From: Terriglobia bacterium
Lineage (GTDB): Bacteria > Acidobacteriota > Terriglobia > 20CM-2-55-15
Assembly: GCA_965198225.1 (NCBI GenBank)
Contig: CBDAOY010000005.1
Coordinates: forward strand, 64,001 to 128,000
Length of the DNA stretch: 64,000 nucleotides
Direction: 5' to 3'
Within the stretch, counting starts at the first letter, position 1; each line of letters starts with the position of its first letter. This document shows, in pieces, positions 1-9,667 of this stretch. Below the pieces are notes generated by a model. The model saw only the letters and a list, made by a program, of their open reading frames with translations. It was not told the origin of the DNA and ran no database searches. The position numbers and the translations under genes were made by a program.

Positions 1-413
1 TGCCAGGCACGCACTATCAGCCAGTCTGACTTCCGACAGGCCTTCGGGTCTTCCTCGCGTTGTTGGCTTGTCCAACCCTACAAGCTCCGCTTGAACCTGA
101 CGGATCTCCCTTGTTCCCATGAAATCCTTGGTTGCATGCCGGCGGTACGAACCCCGGAAGCACCCCAGGGCACTTGCCATTGCGTGCCCTGCGATTCCGC
201 CTTCCCCCTAGAGCGACAGGGTCGGCTACTTCAACCACGTTCGATTTCGGGGCTATCTTTCCGTTCACTGGTGTTCCGGCCTACTCCCTCCCTGTCTACG
301 CTTCGCAGTGTCCGTCACCGACCACCACGCAAGACTCGGTACGTGGCTGCCGGCTAGGCTCTGCCACGGCCGCCATCTCAGGCGACTGGATCTCATGCGC
401 TTGCAAGGCGCAA
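1..413 (-). mobile_element. Group II intron RNA, 5' portion (domains I to early III, IIB-like); continues off the left edge
   Basis: Minus strand starts TTGCGCCTTGCAAGCGCATG at 413 and shows intron landmarks CGAAGCGTAGACAGGG, GCCCCGAAA, GCCGACCCT..AGGGGGAAGGC, GGAACAAGGGAG and GGAAGTCAGACTGGCTGATAG. Loop CGCTCT (215-210, EBS1) pairs 5/6 with exon end TGAGCG (419-414, IBS1). Confidence 0.85.
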
Positions 414-630
414 CGCTCATGAAACTCGACGTAGGATTCTTCGACCGGTATGGTTGCCGCTAAGTTCATCGATTGAGAGGCTAATTAATCAAACAGGTAA
501 AGAATCAGTGTACCGCAAAAATCGGTGGGTTCTCGCGAGGGACGAGGATGAACCCGTTCAACGAGTTCCGCATGCGAACAGGGAGGTAGGAATCTGTGCC
601 TGTTTCAATCCCTTCCTTTCCAGCTACTTG

Positions 631-1527
631 TCACTTCTTCGGCACTAGCTTTCCCAGATTCTGCGCGCGAACGTCTGCGAAGTAGATGTTCCCGCCGGCA
701 TCCATCGATACCCAGTGTGGCCGGCCGAGGCCGCCGATCACATCCAATTTCTGGCCGGAACCGTCCACGATCGTAATCGAACCGCCGTTGGCGTCGGCAA
801 CCAGCAGGATGTCTTCTTCAGTGATGTGGAGACCGTAAGGCGTGCTGACGTCGTTCCACTGGTCGAGATACGTGCCCTGTTGGTCAAAGATCTGGACGCG
901 GCCGTTCTCGCGGTCGCCGACGAGCACACGGCCCCGAGAGTCGATCACGATCGAATGCGGCAGATCGAACTCGCCCGGTCCTGTCCCTTTACTCCCCCAG
1001 GACTTCAAGAACTTGCCGTTTCGATCGAATTTCACGACTCGCGAGTTTCCGTATCCATCACTGACAAAGAAATCTCCGTTCGGCGCCACGGCGACATCGG
1101 TCGGTCGGTTGAACGTGTCGGGACCATCGCCAGTCACGTCGCGTTGACCCAACTCGAGGAGCAGTTCACCGTCTGGGCTGAACTTCATCACCACATGTCC
1201 CTGGCCGTCGGTGGCCCAGATGAATCCATCGTCATCGACGCGGAGTCCATGGGCCCATTTGAACAGACCATCGGCCCAGCCCTCGATGAACCTTCCGGCC
1301 GCATCGAGCACGACGATGGCTGGATCGACGCGTTGCATCGCAAGGATACGGCCTTGACGATCGACGGACACCGACGAAACCGGCCCCCACTCCATGCCCT
1401 CTCCCAGCTCGACCCAATCGGAGGCCACCTCGTAGGAAGGTGGGTTCTGGGCGAGCAGGAAGGGAAGGACCAGTAACACCAGCACGAAACTGGCAACCCA
1501 ATATCGACGCATCAGCGCACCTCCCAT
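631..1527 (-). CDS. Secreted NHL-repeat beta-propeller protein (peptidyl-alpha-hydroxyglycine alpha-amidating lyase-like)
   Basis: Signal peptide; NHL repeats FNRPTDVAVAPNGDFFVSDGYGNSRV and FDLPHSIVIDSRGRVLVGDRENGRVQIF. Confidence 0.9.
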   Translation of the reverse strand: MGGALMRRYWVASFVLVLLVLPFLLAQNPPSYEVASDWVELGEGMEWGPVSSVSVDRQGRILAMQRVDPAIVVLDAAGRFIEGWADGLFKWAHGLRVDDDGFIWATDGQGHVVMKFSPDGELLLELGQRDVTGDGPDTFNRPTDVAVAPNGDFFVSDGYGNSRVVKFDRNGKFLKSWGSKGTGPGEFDLPHSIVIDSRGRVLVGDRENGRVQIFDQQGTYLDQWNDVSTPYGLHITEEDILLVADANGGSITIVDGSGQKLDVIGGLGRPHWVSMDAGGNIYFADVRAQNLGKLVPKK

Positions 1528-1543
1528 GTTACTGATTACTGAG

Positions 1544-1811
1544 TGTAGGTGCGCTCAATCAAGCTGTGAACGAATTATGGGAACGGAAAATCGGGTGGCG
1601 GGGTTTTTCACGTGTAGATGCGGTCTATGACCGCACAGCTTGTGGTCCCGCGGACATTTGTGCGGTCATAGAGCGCACCTACACTTGAGGCTCGCAGGTT
1701 CTTCGTGAAAAGCCCCGCCACCCGATTCTCCAACGAATGACATTCGTTCACAGCTTGTATGAGCGCTCATGTTTCGGTTCGAAGAGTGTGCGGTCATAGA
1801 CCGCACCTACA
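1544..1811. repeat. Nested REP (GTAG-type) doublets plus a MITE-like insertion
   Basis: REP arms TGTAGRTGCGSTCTATGASCGCAC at 1613-1683 and 1787-1811; a split arm at 1544-1559 / 1758-1768; 16-bp TIR CAAGCTGTGAACGAAT (1560-1575 / 1742-1757); inner IR 1589-1612 / 1704-1727. Confidence 0.85.
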
Positions 1812-1816
1812 CTTCT

Positions 1817-2686
1817 TCAGCTGACTACGGTTTTCGCACAGCGAAAACCGAGCGTCACAGTCCGCAGTGAGGGTTTCGTGTAGTTCCGGTAGTTCACCGT
1901 GAGCATCCGGCTGTCGGGATCGCCCCAGCTGCCGCCCCGGAAGACGCGGTAGACGCCTTCGGCTGGGCCCTGCGGATTCTCGTCGGGACTGACGGCGTAG
2001 TACCCTCTCTCGTACCAGTCCGAAACCCATTCGCTGACATTGCCGGTGGCGTCGTACATTCCGAATCCGTTCGGGGGCAGAGATCCGACCTCGACCGGGC
2101 CGCCGGGCCAGCCAAAGTGCGCCAGAGTCGTCCGCTCGCCGCGTCCGCTCTCTTCGAAGTCGGCCGTATCGGCGACTTCGAAGTCGTCTCCCCAGGGGTA
2201 GTTCTTCCGGTCGAGGCCGCCGCGGGCAGCCCGTTCCCACTCCGCCTCAGTCGGTAGGCGCTTGCCAGCCCAGCCACAATAAGAACTGGCCTCGTCCCAG
2301 TTGACGTTGTAGGCCGGGAATCGCTCCCGACCCGCCGGAACCGCGCCCTCAACCCAATGGTAGGGAGCCGCTCGTCCGGTCGCCTCGACGAAGGCGGCAT
2401 AACGCTCGTTGGTCACTTCGTACTCGTCGATGTAGAACGAGTCGATGAAGACCAGATGAGCGGGCTGGTCATCCATCCGGGGCCGTGCCCGCCAGTTCAA
2501 CTCATCGAGCAGGTTTCGGTGGACCCGGCCGAGCCAGAATTCCCCGGCGGGAATGCGAATCATTCCGGGTTCGGCTCGTTCGGCCGGTTCTGGCTTGGAA
2601 GGTGTCTGCGCAGGGAATGGGGCAGCACTGGCGACGAAAAGAATCGCGGCAGCGAGGATTGCGAACGGCCCTCCGGCTCGACTCAT
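1817..2686 (-). CDS. Formylglycine-generating enzyme (FGE-sulfatase/SUMF1) domain protein
   Basis: Start reassigned to MSRAGG (2686). Motifs FYIDEYEVTN, RLPTEAEWERAARGG, NGFGMYDATGNVSEW, RGGSW, GFRC. Confidence 0.9.
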   Translation of the reverse strand: MSRAGGPFAILAAAILFVASAAPFPAQTPSKPEPAERAEPGMIRIPAGEFWLGRVHRNLLDELNWRARPRMDDQPAHLVFIDSFYIDEYEVTNERYAAFVEATGRAAPYHWVEGAVPAGRERFPAYNVNWDEASSYCGWAGKRLPTEAEWERAARGGLDRKNYPWGDDFEVADTADFEESGRGERTTLAHFGWPGGPVEVGSLPPNGFGMYDATGNVSEWVSDWYERGYYAVSPDENPQGPAEGVYRVFRGGSWGDPDSRMLTVNYRNYTKPSLRTVTLGFRCAKTVVS

Positions 2687-2691
2687 GGTAG

Positions 2692-4098
2692 CTACTCGAA
2701 CAGCTCGGCGATCTCGTCGGTGGCGATGGGCTGGCTCTGTGCCAGACCGAAAGCGTCGACGTAGTCGTAGGAGCGACCCGATGGCGTGTCTTCGATGCTC
2801 TTGAGCCAGTCGATCCCGAGGGCGGAGTAGATCGACGCAACGGTATTGTCCATGGCCGGCTGTTCGAAGTGCTTCCAGCCCGTGTCGATACACTTCGAGC
2901 AATTTTCGTTGGTCTTGCCGATGATCCGGCCACCCTTGACGCCTCCTCCGGCGAAGAACGTCGTGTAGGTGTCTCCGTAGTGATCCCGTCCCCGAACCGC
3001 GTTCATGGCCGGCGTTCTGCCGAATTCGCTGGCCGCCACGATCAGTGTCTCATCCAGCATCGTCTTGCCCTCCTCGACACCCGGCATCGAGGCCAGGTCG
3101 TCGAGCAGGCTCGTGATCCCCTTGTCGAATCGGTTGCAGGTGAAGTAGTGGTTCCTCGGGTATCGGTCGTGATCGAAGATGTAGCTGTGGTGATCCCATT
3201 TGTCACCGTCGTAAACGTACACGAAATGGGTGCCGGCATCGGCGGCCAGGACGTTCTTCGCCAGGATCAGCCCCAGACCGTACTCGTCGCCACCATACCT
3301 TTCGCGCTCGGCTTCGCTCGTGTTGAAGACCGTCGCCCAACGCGGGTCGTTCAGCAGGCCGTAGGCTTCCCGATAGAAAGTCCTGTAGTCGGACGTCTTT
3401 TCGCCCAGCGACGCGCGTTGGGCGGCGGAGACTTCGGCGAGTTCGCCCAGCAGCGTCCAGCGTTCGTCGAGCAGGGTGTCGACGCCTTCCCTGTTCCCGC
3501 GGAAGGCTTCGAAGACCGTCGTCGGATCCAGATCGAGGGCCGTGAACTGGGCCGGAAACAGCCCGGAACCGATCGAGCCTGCCCGCGCCCGGGTCAGCCC
3601 GGTGCTGACGTAAGTGGGAAATCGATCCGTGTCGCGGCGGAGGGGATCCAACTCTGTTGCGATGACGCTGCCGAAAGCGGGAATCTCTTTGGCCACGGCC
3701 GGGTTCAGCGCACGACCTGCCTGGGTGTGGTACTGGCCCTGGAAGTGGATGCGCTCGGGCGACCACATCGAACGCACGAGCGACACCTGATCCATCTTGT
3801 CGATGAGGGTCGGAAACAGCCGCCTAGAGAGAGACAGCTCCGAGGACACCTGCTCGACGTCCAGGTCCCTGGGGGTGAACCTGGTCTCCTTGAAATCCCA
3901 GCATTCCATCGGGCTGATCGCCCCACCCATCTCGATAAAAATGCAGTTCCGTGCCGTTCCGCGCGGGTTCGCCCGACCCTGGGCTCGTACGTTGAGGGGC
4001 CATATGAGGCGATCGACCCAGGTCGCGGCAAGAGCCGCGCCCCCCCACTGCAGTACTTCTCTTCGAGTCGGAATCAGGTCCCTGAGCTGGCGTTCCAT
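2692..4098 (-). CDS. DUF1501 domain protein with Tat-like signal
   Basis: TRREVLQWGGAAL; WDHH, SEFGRTP, GRDHY, AGGGVKGGRIIGKT. Confidence 0.9.
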   Translation of the reverse strand: MERQLRDLIPTRREVLQWGGAALAATWVDRLIWPLNVRAQGRANPRGTARNCIFIEMGGAISPMECWDFKETRFTPRDLDVEQVSSELSLSRRLFPTLIDKMDQVSLVRSMWSPERIHFQGQYHTQAGRALNPAVAKEIPAFGSVIATELDPLRRDTDRFPTYVSTGLTRARAGSIGSGLFPAQFTALDLDPTTVFEAFRGNREGVDTLLDERWTLLGELAEVSAAQRASLGEKTSDYRTFYREAYGLLNDPRWATVFNTSEAERERYGGDEYGLGLILAKNVLAADAGTHFVYVYDGDKWDHHSYIFDHDRYPRNHYFTCNRFDKGITSLLDDLASMPGVEEGKTMLDETLIVAASEFGRTPAMNAVRGRDHYGDTYTTFFAGGGVKGGRIIGKTNENCSKCIDTGWKHFEQPAMDNTVASIYSALGIDWLKSIEDTPSGRSYDYVDAFGLAQSQPIATDEIAELFE

Positions 4099-4137
4099 TT
4101 GATCGTTCCTCGTCCAGCAGCCCGTGGCGGAAGGCTG

Positions 4138-6024
4138 CTAGTGGTTCAGGATGAACTCCACACCGTTCAACAACGCCCACTGAAGGTTTTCGGCTCCACG
4201 CCTGCGGTCGCGCTCCATGTGTTGGAGAGAGACTTCCCTTTCGGCTGGCGTTGGGAAGCGACCCAGACTGGCCAGGAACAGCTCGTCGACAATATCCGCG
4301 TCGGCCTTCTCCGATTCGACGAGCCTCTGAACCCGACTGTCATCGGACGCGAGGACTCGATCGTTCACGATGGCCGAGTCCATCAACAACAGCGCCTGCA
4401 GTGTGGACGCCTTGTTTCCGATAGGGGGCGGCGTCGACCGATTGCTCTGAAAGAAGCTCTGCATGATGTTGGTGATCATCGCCCCTTCTGTGCTCCTGCG
4501 GCCGACGTCACCGGGACTGGCCATCTGCTTGACGCGAGTGACCGGCATCCCGGAGAACGTGAAGTTGCCGGGCCGCCCGGTCGCCTGCGCAATCGAATCG
4601 ATCACTTCCGGACCGCTCAGGACACGGATGAGCTTCCGCGAGTAGTAGGACGCGTAGGAGTCCCGCCATTCGCCGCTGAACTGCGACGAAAGCTGGTACG
4701 CGCTGGACTTCATGATGGTGCGGATGACGTGCTGGACACTGTGGTCGTTCGCCCCGAAGTCTTCCGCGAGTGCCTCCAAGAGTTCGGGGTAGGTCGGCTG
4801 GATGGTCCAGGGCGCCGGCGGCGGGTTGTCCGGATCGAGCCGGTCGAGGTCGAACGAGTCATAGGGCTCGACGAAAGCCAGCGTCATCAGGCGACCCCAC
4901 ACGAGGTTGACCAGCGCGCGTCGAAACTGCGGATGAGTCGTGATCATCCGGGCGAATTCCTCACGCGGGTCGGCTTCGGTTCGTGCTTCTTCGCCCGTCA
5001 GGACGAAGGCGGGCTGATATTTTCCGCCGTAACGCGGATACTTCGTGATGCTGTCGGTGATCCAAGGCGCGTCGAAGGCGGTGTCGTAGCCTGCAGCCAT
5101 CTCGTCAAAGACCATGTCGGAACCGGAGTTGTTCCTGCTCCGTTCGTCCCATGCCGCAATCATCCGGATGTTGCCCAGGAACGCCGCCTGCCGGAAGAAC
5201 TCCTGGCGTGTTTTCCGGGAAAGGTAGAGGTTGATCGGCTCGAGGTGTCCGGCACCGTCGTGGCAGGAAATACAGCTGATGTTGATGCCCAGGAACAGAC
5301 GGGTCACGTCCACGTTCATGTCATCGATGCTGTCGAGCCGGTTCAGCTGGGCATAGTCATCCGGCGTCCTCGGCAGCTGGTTCGTCCCGCTGTAGCTGCG
5401 CGCGAGCACACCGAGTTGGGGAATCGTGCTATGGCTCTTCGCGACGCCCGTGAGCAGGTCCGTGACGACGTCGGTGTAGGGCCGGTCGACCCGCAACCAT
5501 TCCTTGTTCCAGTAGTGGAAAGCGTTCTTCCCTTTGCCGGTCGGACCTGTCAGGCGAAACAGATCGCCCCAGAACCACGCCCACTGCTCGGCGAACTCGG
5601 CGGTCCCGATGAGGGAATCGATTAACCGATCCCGCTTGTCGGGGTCTGCACTCGCCACGAATTCGAGAACGGCTTCAGCGGGAGGCAACAAACCGGTGGC
5701 ATCGAGGTGTGCGCGGCGAACGAACTCGAAATCGTCAGAAAGACCCGAATGCGGAACGCCGTCACGCTCGATCCGTCCGAAAATGTAGTCATCGACAAAA
5801 TTGTTGTGCGGTATTTCGGACGAACCAGTCGACACCGGCAACGCGCTGGCCATCGCGTCGGTGAAGCCGCTTTCCTCTTCTACCCTGTCGGGCCCTCGTC
5901 CCAACAGGCCTTCATGCGCCTTCTCGATCCGTTGTTCCTGGCCCGGTTTCCGGGGTGGCTTCTGCTGGGCGAACAAAGCCACGCCGAGCAAAGAAAAGAT
6001 CGCCACCATCGCAACGGTTTTCAT
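4138..6024 (-). CDS. DUF1549/DUF1553 (PSCyt2/PSD1) domain protein
   Basis: Probable start MKTVAM (6024). Motifs NFVDDYI, FVRRAHLDATGLLP, FLGINISCISCHD, PTYPELLEALA, IMKSSAYQLSS, LQWALLN; canonical partner of DUF1501. Confidence 0.9.
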   Translation of the reverse strand: MKTVAMVAIFSLLGVALFAQQKPPRKPGQEQRIEKAHEGLLGRGPDRVEEESGFTDAMASALPVSTGSSEIPHNNFVDDYIFGRIERDGVPHSGLSDDFEFVRRAHLDATGLLPPAEAVLEFVASADPDKRDRLIDSLIGTAEFAEQWAWFWGDLFRLTGPTGKGKNAFHYWNKEWLRVDRPYTDVVTDLLTGVAKSHSTIPQLGVLARSYSGTNQLPRTPDDYAQLNRLDSIDDMNVDVTRLFLGINISCISCHDGAGHLEPINLYLSRKTRQEFFRQAAFLGNIRMIAAWDERSRNNSGSDMVFDEMAAGYDTAFDAPWITDSITKYPRYGGKYQPAFVLTGEEARTEADPREEFARMITTHPQFRRALVNLVWGRLMTLAFVEPYDSFDLDRLDPDNPPPAPWTIQPTYPELLEALAEDFGANDHSVQHVIRTIMKSSAYQLSSQFSGEWRDSYASYYSRKLIRVLSGPEVIDSIAQATGRPGNFTFSGMPVTRVKQMASPGDVGRRSTEGAMITNIMQSFFQSNRSTPPPIGNKASTLQALLLMDSAIVNDRVLASDDSRVQRLVESEKADADIVDELFLASLGRFPTPAEREVSLQHMERDRRRGAENLQWALLNGVEFILNH

Positions 6025-6178
6025 AGATGTCTCCACGACGCGTCCTCCCGAAACCAGACGCAGCCGGTCGCTGGAAACACACCGGCCGCGGCCAGGGTCA
6101 CTGGGCTGAAAACAATTTAACGCACTCACGATAAAGGGTTTGCTGTAACGAGTCAAGAAAAGGAGAACGGAAGGAACA

Positions 6179-6418
6179 TCAGATTCTGACGACGCGCCTG
6201 AACCCGGCCCAAAACCTCTGCCAGTAGGACACTTCGAGATTGATGAAACCGTCCTCTTCGTCCAGTTTGTAAGCGCGCTTCTTCGCGAGCTGCTTCACGG
6301 TGTCGTGGTAGGCAAACACCTTGCAGTGGACACAGCGCATGAGAGGGATGTGGACTTCCAGAACAGGAAGGAACAGGTGATCGGTTGATTTGCAGATCGC
6401 CGAGTGTTGCATGTCCAA
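6179..6418 (-). CDS. Small hypothetical protein with CxxC
   Basis: Fills the gap upstream of the DUF1553 gene; RCVHC motif. Confidence 0.5.
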   Translation of the reverse strand: MDMQHSAICKSTDHLFLPVLEVHIPLMRCVHCKVFAYHDTVKQLAKKRAYKLDEEDGFINLEVSYWQRFWAGFRRVVRI

Positions 6419-6613
6419 GGCGACACTCTATCCGCAGGGCGGGCCAGATTCGGACCCGGCCAGGGGAGGCGCTGCAGAGTTGTCGAGCTGCCATCGCGGT
6501 ATCTTTGAGTCGGGCCCCAAAACGCGCAGTTTTTGCGTCAGGACGGGCGAATTATTCGCCAGGACGGATGGATTAAAGGTAAGGCTCCGACCGCCGATCT
6601 AACCCTTAGAGAT

Positions 6614-7258
6614 ATGGAGCACAAACACCACATGCTGCGCCTGATTGCAGTGGCCTCGATCCTCGGTGCCGGAGTGGCCGTCTACTGGTTCGCCCCTGGC
6701 GCGACGGAGATGGAGCAGTTTCAGCGCTCGCTTCAGTCGATGGGCGGTTGGGCCGCTCTCGTTTCGGGGCTTTTGATGATCACTCAGGCCGTCGTCGCTC
6801 CGCTGCCCGCAAACGTGATCTCGGCATCGAACGGATTCCTGTTCGGCGCATTCTGGGGAACATTGCTTTCCTGGACCACGACGCTGGCGGGAGCTTCGCT
6901 CTGCTACTACATCTCGAAGACCTTCGGGAAACCAGTGGCGATGAGGTTTGCCGGACGAGCACTGGCACGTTCCGAGCGCTTCATGTCCAGGTACGGAGGC
7001 CGAGCCATATTCATTGTCCGGCTGCTACCCGCCGTGCCCTTTGACGCCGTCAGCTACGCGGCCGGTCTGACGGGGGTGGGTTTCGGCCGCTTTCTCCTTG
7101 CCAGCGCGATCGGCTCGCTCCCATCGTCGCTGTTTTATGCCGTAGTGGGCTCGCTGTTCCTCCAGACCCACTGGTGGGTACTGTTCGCGGCGTCGAGCGT
7201 TTCGCTGGTTGTCATCCTGTTCGTGTCGAGACGGCTCGAAGCTCGCCTGGCAGCATAG
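6614..7258 (+). CDS. TVP38/TMEM64 (DedA/VTT) membrane protein
   Basis: Hydrophobic; QAVVAPLP, GFLFGAFWG, RLLPAVPFDAVSYAAGLT. Confidence 0.9.
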   Translation: MEHKHHMLRLIAVASILGAGVAVYWFAPGATEMEQFQRSLQSMGGWAALVSGLLMITQAVVAPLPANVISASNGFLFGAFWGTLLSWTTTLAGASLCYYISKTFGKPVAMRFAGRALARSERFMSRYGGRAIFIVRLLPAVPFDAVSYAAGLTGVGFGRFLLASAIGSLPSSLFYAVVGSLFLQTHWWVLFAASSVSLVVILFVSRRLEARLAA

Positions 7259-7323
7259 CTGGCATGTCCTAATCAGTGATCCTTAGTCCGTCCCTGGCTG
7301 GACCACTGGCCACCGGTCCTAAG

Positions 7324-7358
7324 AAAAAACAGGTACAGCCTCGACTGTCCCTGTTTTT
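7324..7358. terminator. Probable intrinsic terminator
   Basis: AAAAAACAGG...CCTGTTTTTT hairpin just downstream of the DedA gene. Confidence 0.55.
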
Positions 7359-7589
7359 TCCTTATCTTTTCTGGTCACTTGTCACTCGTCACTTCCCCTA
7401 CGCAGTGCGATACGACTTCGTCAGGACCCCATGACCGGTGGGACCGAACTCCAGAATCGACACGTCTCGTCCCAGAAAAACGCCTAGGAATTAGTTTTGA
7501 TTTTCGTTGACCCGTGTCGGTCGACCATCGTAGGCTGGAAACATTCTATTACCTACAAATTCTTCGCAATGGACCGAGGTGTGTGACCT

Positions 7590-7856
7590 GTGGATAACTT
7601 CGCCGGAAACCTGGATGCGCTGAAGAGACTGGTTCAAGAAGCCGGCTACAGAGGAGGGTGGACCGTGATCGCTCACGGCTACCAGTTCCAGGCCGAGGAT
7701 GGCGCCGTCCTGAATTGGTTTCCGGCCCCGGCGAACACGCTCTACTACCAGGGCCCGTCCGAGGCGAAAGACAAACTGCGCACGACGCTGATCAACCGCC
7801 TGGACACAGCCGGTAATGGCGCCGCAGGCCCCGCCACCCGCAACGCCGTCCCCTGA
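7590..7856 (+). CDS. Small hypothetical protein
   Basis: GAGGTG RBS upstream of GTG; plausible globular sequence (GAVLNWFPAPANTLYYQG). Confidence 0.55.
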   Translation: MDNFAGNLDALKRLVQEAGYRGGWTVIAHGYQFQAEDGAVLNWFPAPANTLYYQGPSEAKDKLRTTLINRLDTAGNGAAGPATRNAVP

Positions 7857-7900
7857 GGAAACTCAACCGCTCCCTCCCAGGTTCGAAAATCAACCCGGGA

Positions 7901-8602
7901 TCACAGGCGTCGGTTCGGATTGATAATCGTCCGCCACATGTGCGCCACCGGGCTGTTGTCGAACCCCAACCCTTCCTTCGGTTGCTTGAAGTGACGGCCG
8001 ATGATGTCGATGAACGGATCGAGCGACACCTCGGCGTTGCGGTCGAAGCTGTACTCGTCGTTCATCGTGATCAGCCTTGCCCGCATGTACCACTTGTGAT
8101 TGCGCGCGTAGTTGTACGCCTCTTCGATGTAGGGTTCCGGCACGTAGTCTCTGCCGAACATGCGGTAGTACATCTCCGGATACTCGTAATCGACCGAGGG
8201 ATCCGGGTAAAACCGCAGCGGCTGATGGTATCGGATCGCCCAACTTACGGTTTCGGGAACGTAGGGCTCGAACAACTGGCCGCCCCACCAGCCATGATCG
8301 GGACGCTGGAGGGTCAAAACGAGGTCGTGGAGCAGGCAGGAGAGGATGACTTCCTCGTCCTGGCCCGTCTTCATCGCGCGCGTCGCGCTCTGTAAGACGT
8401 GGTTGCTTGAAGTGAAGCGCAGTTTGAAGAAGTCCTCGAGCGTGGGTTTCTCCGGCATCGGCTCGAGTTCCCGCTCTTGTCCGCCCTGTGGTTCGAGTTC
8501 TTCGATCATCCGGTGCTCAAGCGCTTCGGCGAGCACGGCTGTAGGCACCACCGACGTCGCACCGGCCGCGCCGATCGCTGCAAAGAAGTTTCTCCGATCC
8601 AT
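7901..8602 (-). CDS. Tat-signal HD-domain protein (PhnZ/MIOX-like ligand set)
   Basis: Start MDRRNFF with GGAG RBS; NHVLQ, LLHDL, PDHG, IRYHQ, MNDEY give H-HD-H-H-D. Confidence 0.75.
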   Translation of the reverse strand: MDRRNFFAAIGAAGATSVVPTAVLAEALEHRMIEELEPQGGQERELEPMPEKPTLEDFFKLRFTSSNHVLQSATRAMKTGQDEEVILSCLLHDLVLTLQRPDHGWWGGQLFEPYVPETVSWAIRYHQPLRFYPDPSVDYEYPEMYYRMFGRDYVPEPYIEEAYNYARNHKWYMRARLITMNDEYSFDRNAEVSLDPFIDIIGRHFKQPKEGLGFDNSPVAHMWRTIINPNRRL

Positions 8603-8746
8603 ATAGGCACTCCTTGGTTGATAGCCTGTTTTTCCGACACTATGAAAGGCACGAGGAGTGGCGTCAACGAATTTCGACGCCATGAACCTGACGCCCGACA
8701 GTGCAACGAGCCTGCTCGTCGCGCAACCTGCCGCCGTCATCCCCCC

Positions 8747-9607
8747 TCAGAACGAAACCTCTATGTCCTGCAGACGGGCTTCGATGCGCGCCAGGCGTCC
8801 CTGAACATCCGTCGTCGGCAGGTTACTCAGGTAGATGTTCCTCATGCCGCGCCGCAGCAACGCATGAATAGTCTCTGCGCAAATGTCTTCGGGTTGGCGC
8901 CCGCCGGCGAAATCCGCTTTCAGCCCTTCGACCGGCACCGGAAAGAACCTGCCGAGCGCGTTCAGCGTCTTCGGGTTGGCGCTGCGGTAATAGAAGACCC
9001 CGAATACTCCGGGTATTCGTACACCCCGATCGCCACATTCTTCCAGAAACTTGTCCAGCGCCTCCGCATTGTGATGGGAACTGATCTGGGAAAGATAGAA
9101 GTCGGCGCAATAGTCGGCATCGACCATGAACTCGACCTGCCGGGTGCCGCCGTGAGGGTTCGCCCATCCGCCCAGGGCCAGCCCGGGCACGCGTTCTCGA
9201 ATCTTCTTGCGCAGCTCGTATGCGTGTTCCACGCATCTTGGAACACCGTCGAACCGATCGCCTCCCAGGACGACCAGGGATCGAAACCCGAGCGCATAAG
9301 CTTTCTCGGCAAAGTCGAGGCAATAGTCGAGAGGGTGCTTGGCAGTGAGGATCGGAACGATCAGGGAATGGTCGGCTTCGGTACCGAGGTTGATGATCAC
9401 GTGCCGAAGGTTCTGTTCCTCACGGCGCCCGGTCGACCCGTCCGTCATGAAGACAAAGCGCTGGAGCGAGGTGACTTTCCGGATGAAGTGGTTGCTGTCG
9501 ATCCAGGCGTCCAGGCTCTGATCGAGCGACAGATCCATCTGCGGCGGACACCATTCGATGTTCAGCAGAGGTTGCTTCGGGTCGTTTAATGCTTTGAGCA
9601 GGGACAT
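8747..9607 (-). CDS. Methylenetetrahydrofolate reductase-like flavoprotein
   Basis: FMTDG, LVVLGGD, LGGWANPH, ADFYLSQI; MetF-like barrel motifs. Confidence 0.65.
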   Translation of the reverse strand: MSLLKALNDPKQPLLNIEWCPPQMDLSLDQSLDAWIDSNHFIRKVTSLQRFVFMTDGSTGRREEQNLRHVIINLGTEADHSLIVPILTAKHPLDYCLDFAEKAYALGFRSLVVLGGDRFDGVPRCVEHAYELRKKIRERVPGLALGGWANPHGGTRQVEFMVDADYCADFYLSQISSHHNAEALDKFLEECGDRGVRIPGVFGVFYYRSANPKTLNALGRFFPVPVEGLKADFAGGRQPEDICAETIHALLRRGMRNIYLSNLPTTDVQGRLARIEARLQDIEVSF

Positions 9608-9667
9608 CCTTGAAGGATAACCGAAGGCAGGCAGAGTCGGACCAGCGCGTCCGACTTCGACGACCGC

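Noticed and set aside
2869-5625. 918-aa + strand ORF (likewise 715-1476, 8477-9589, 13709-14719, 19840-21315, 23345-24760, 31851-33128, 48596-49666)
   Set aside because: Antisense shadows of well-supported minus-strand genes in high-GC DNA; no motifs.
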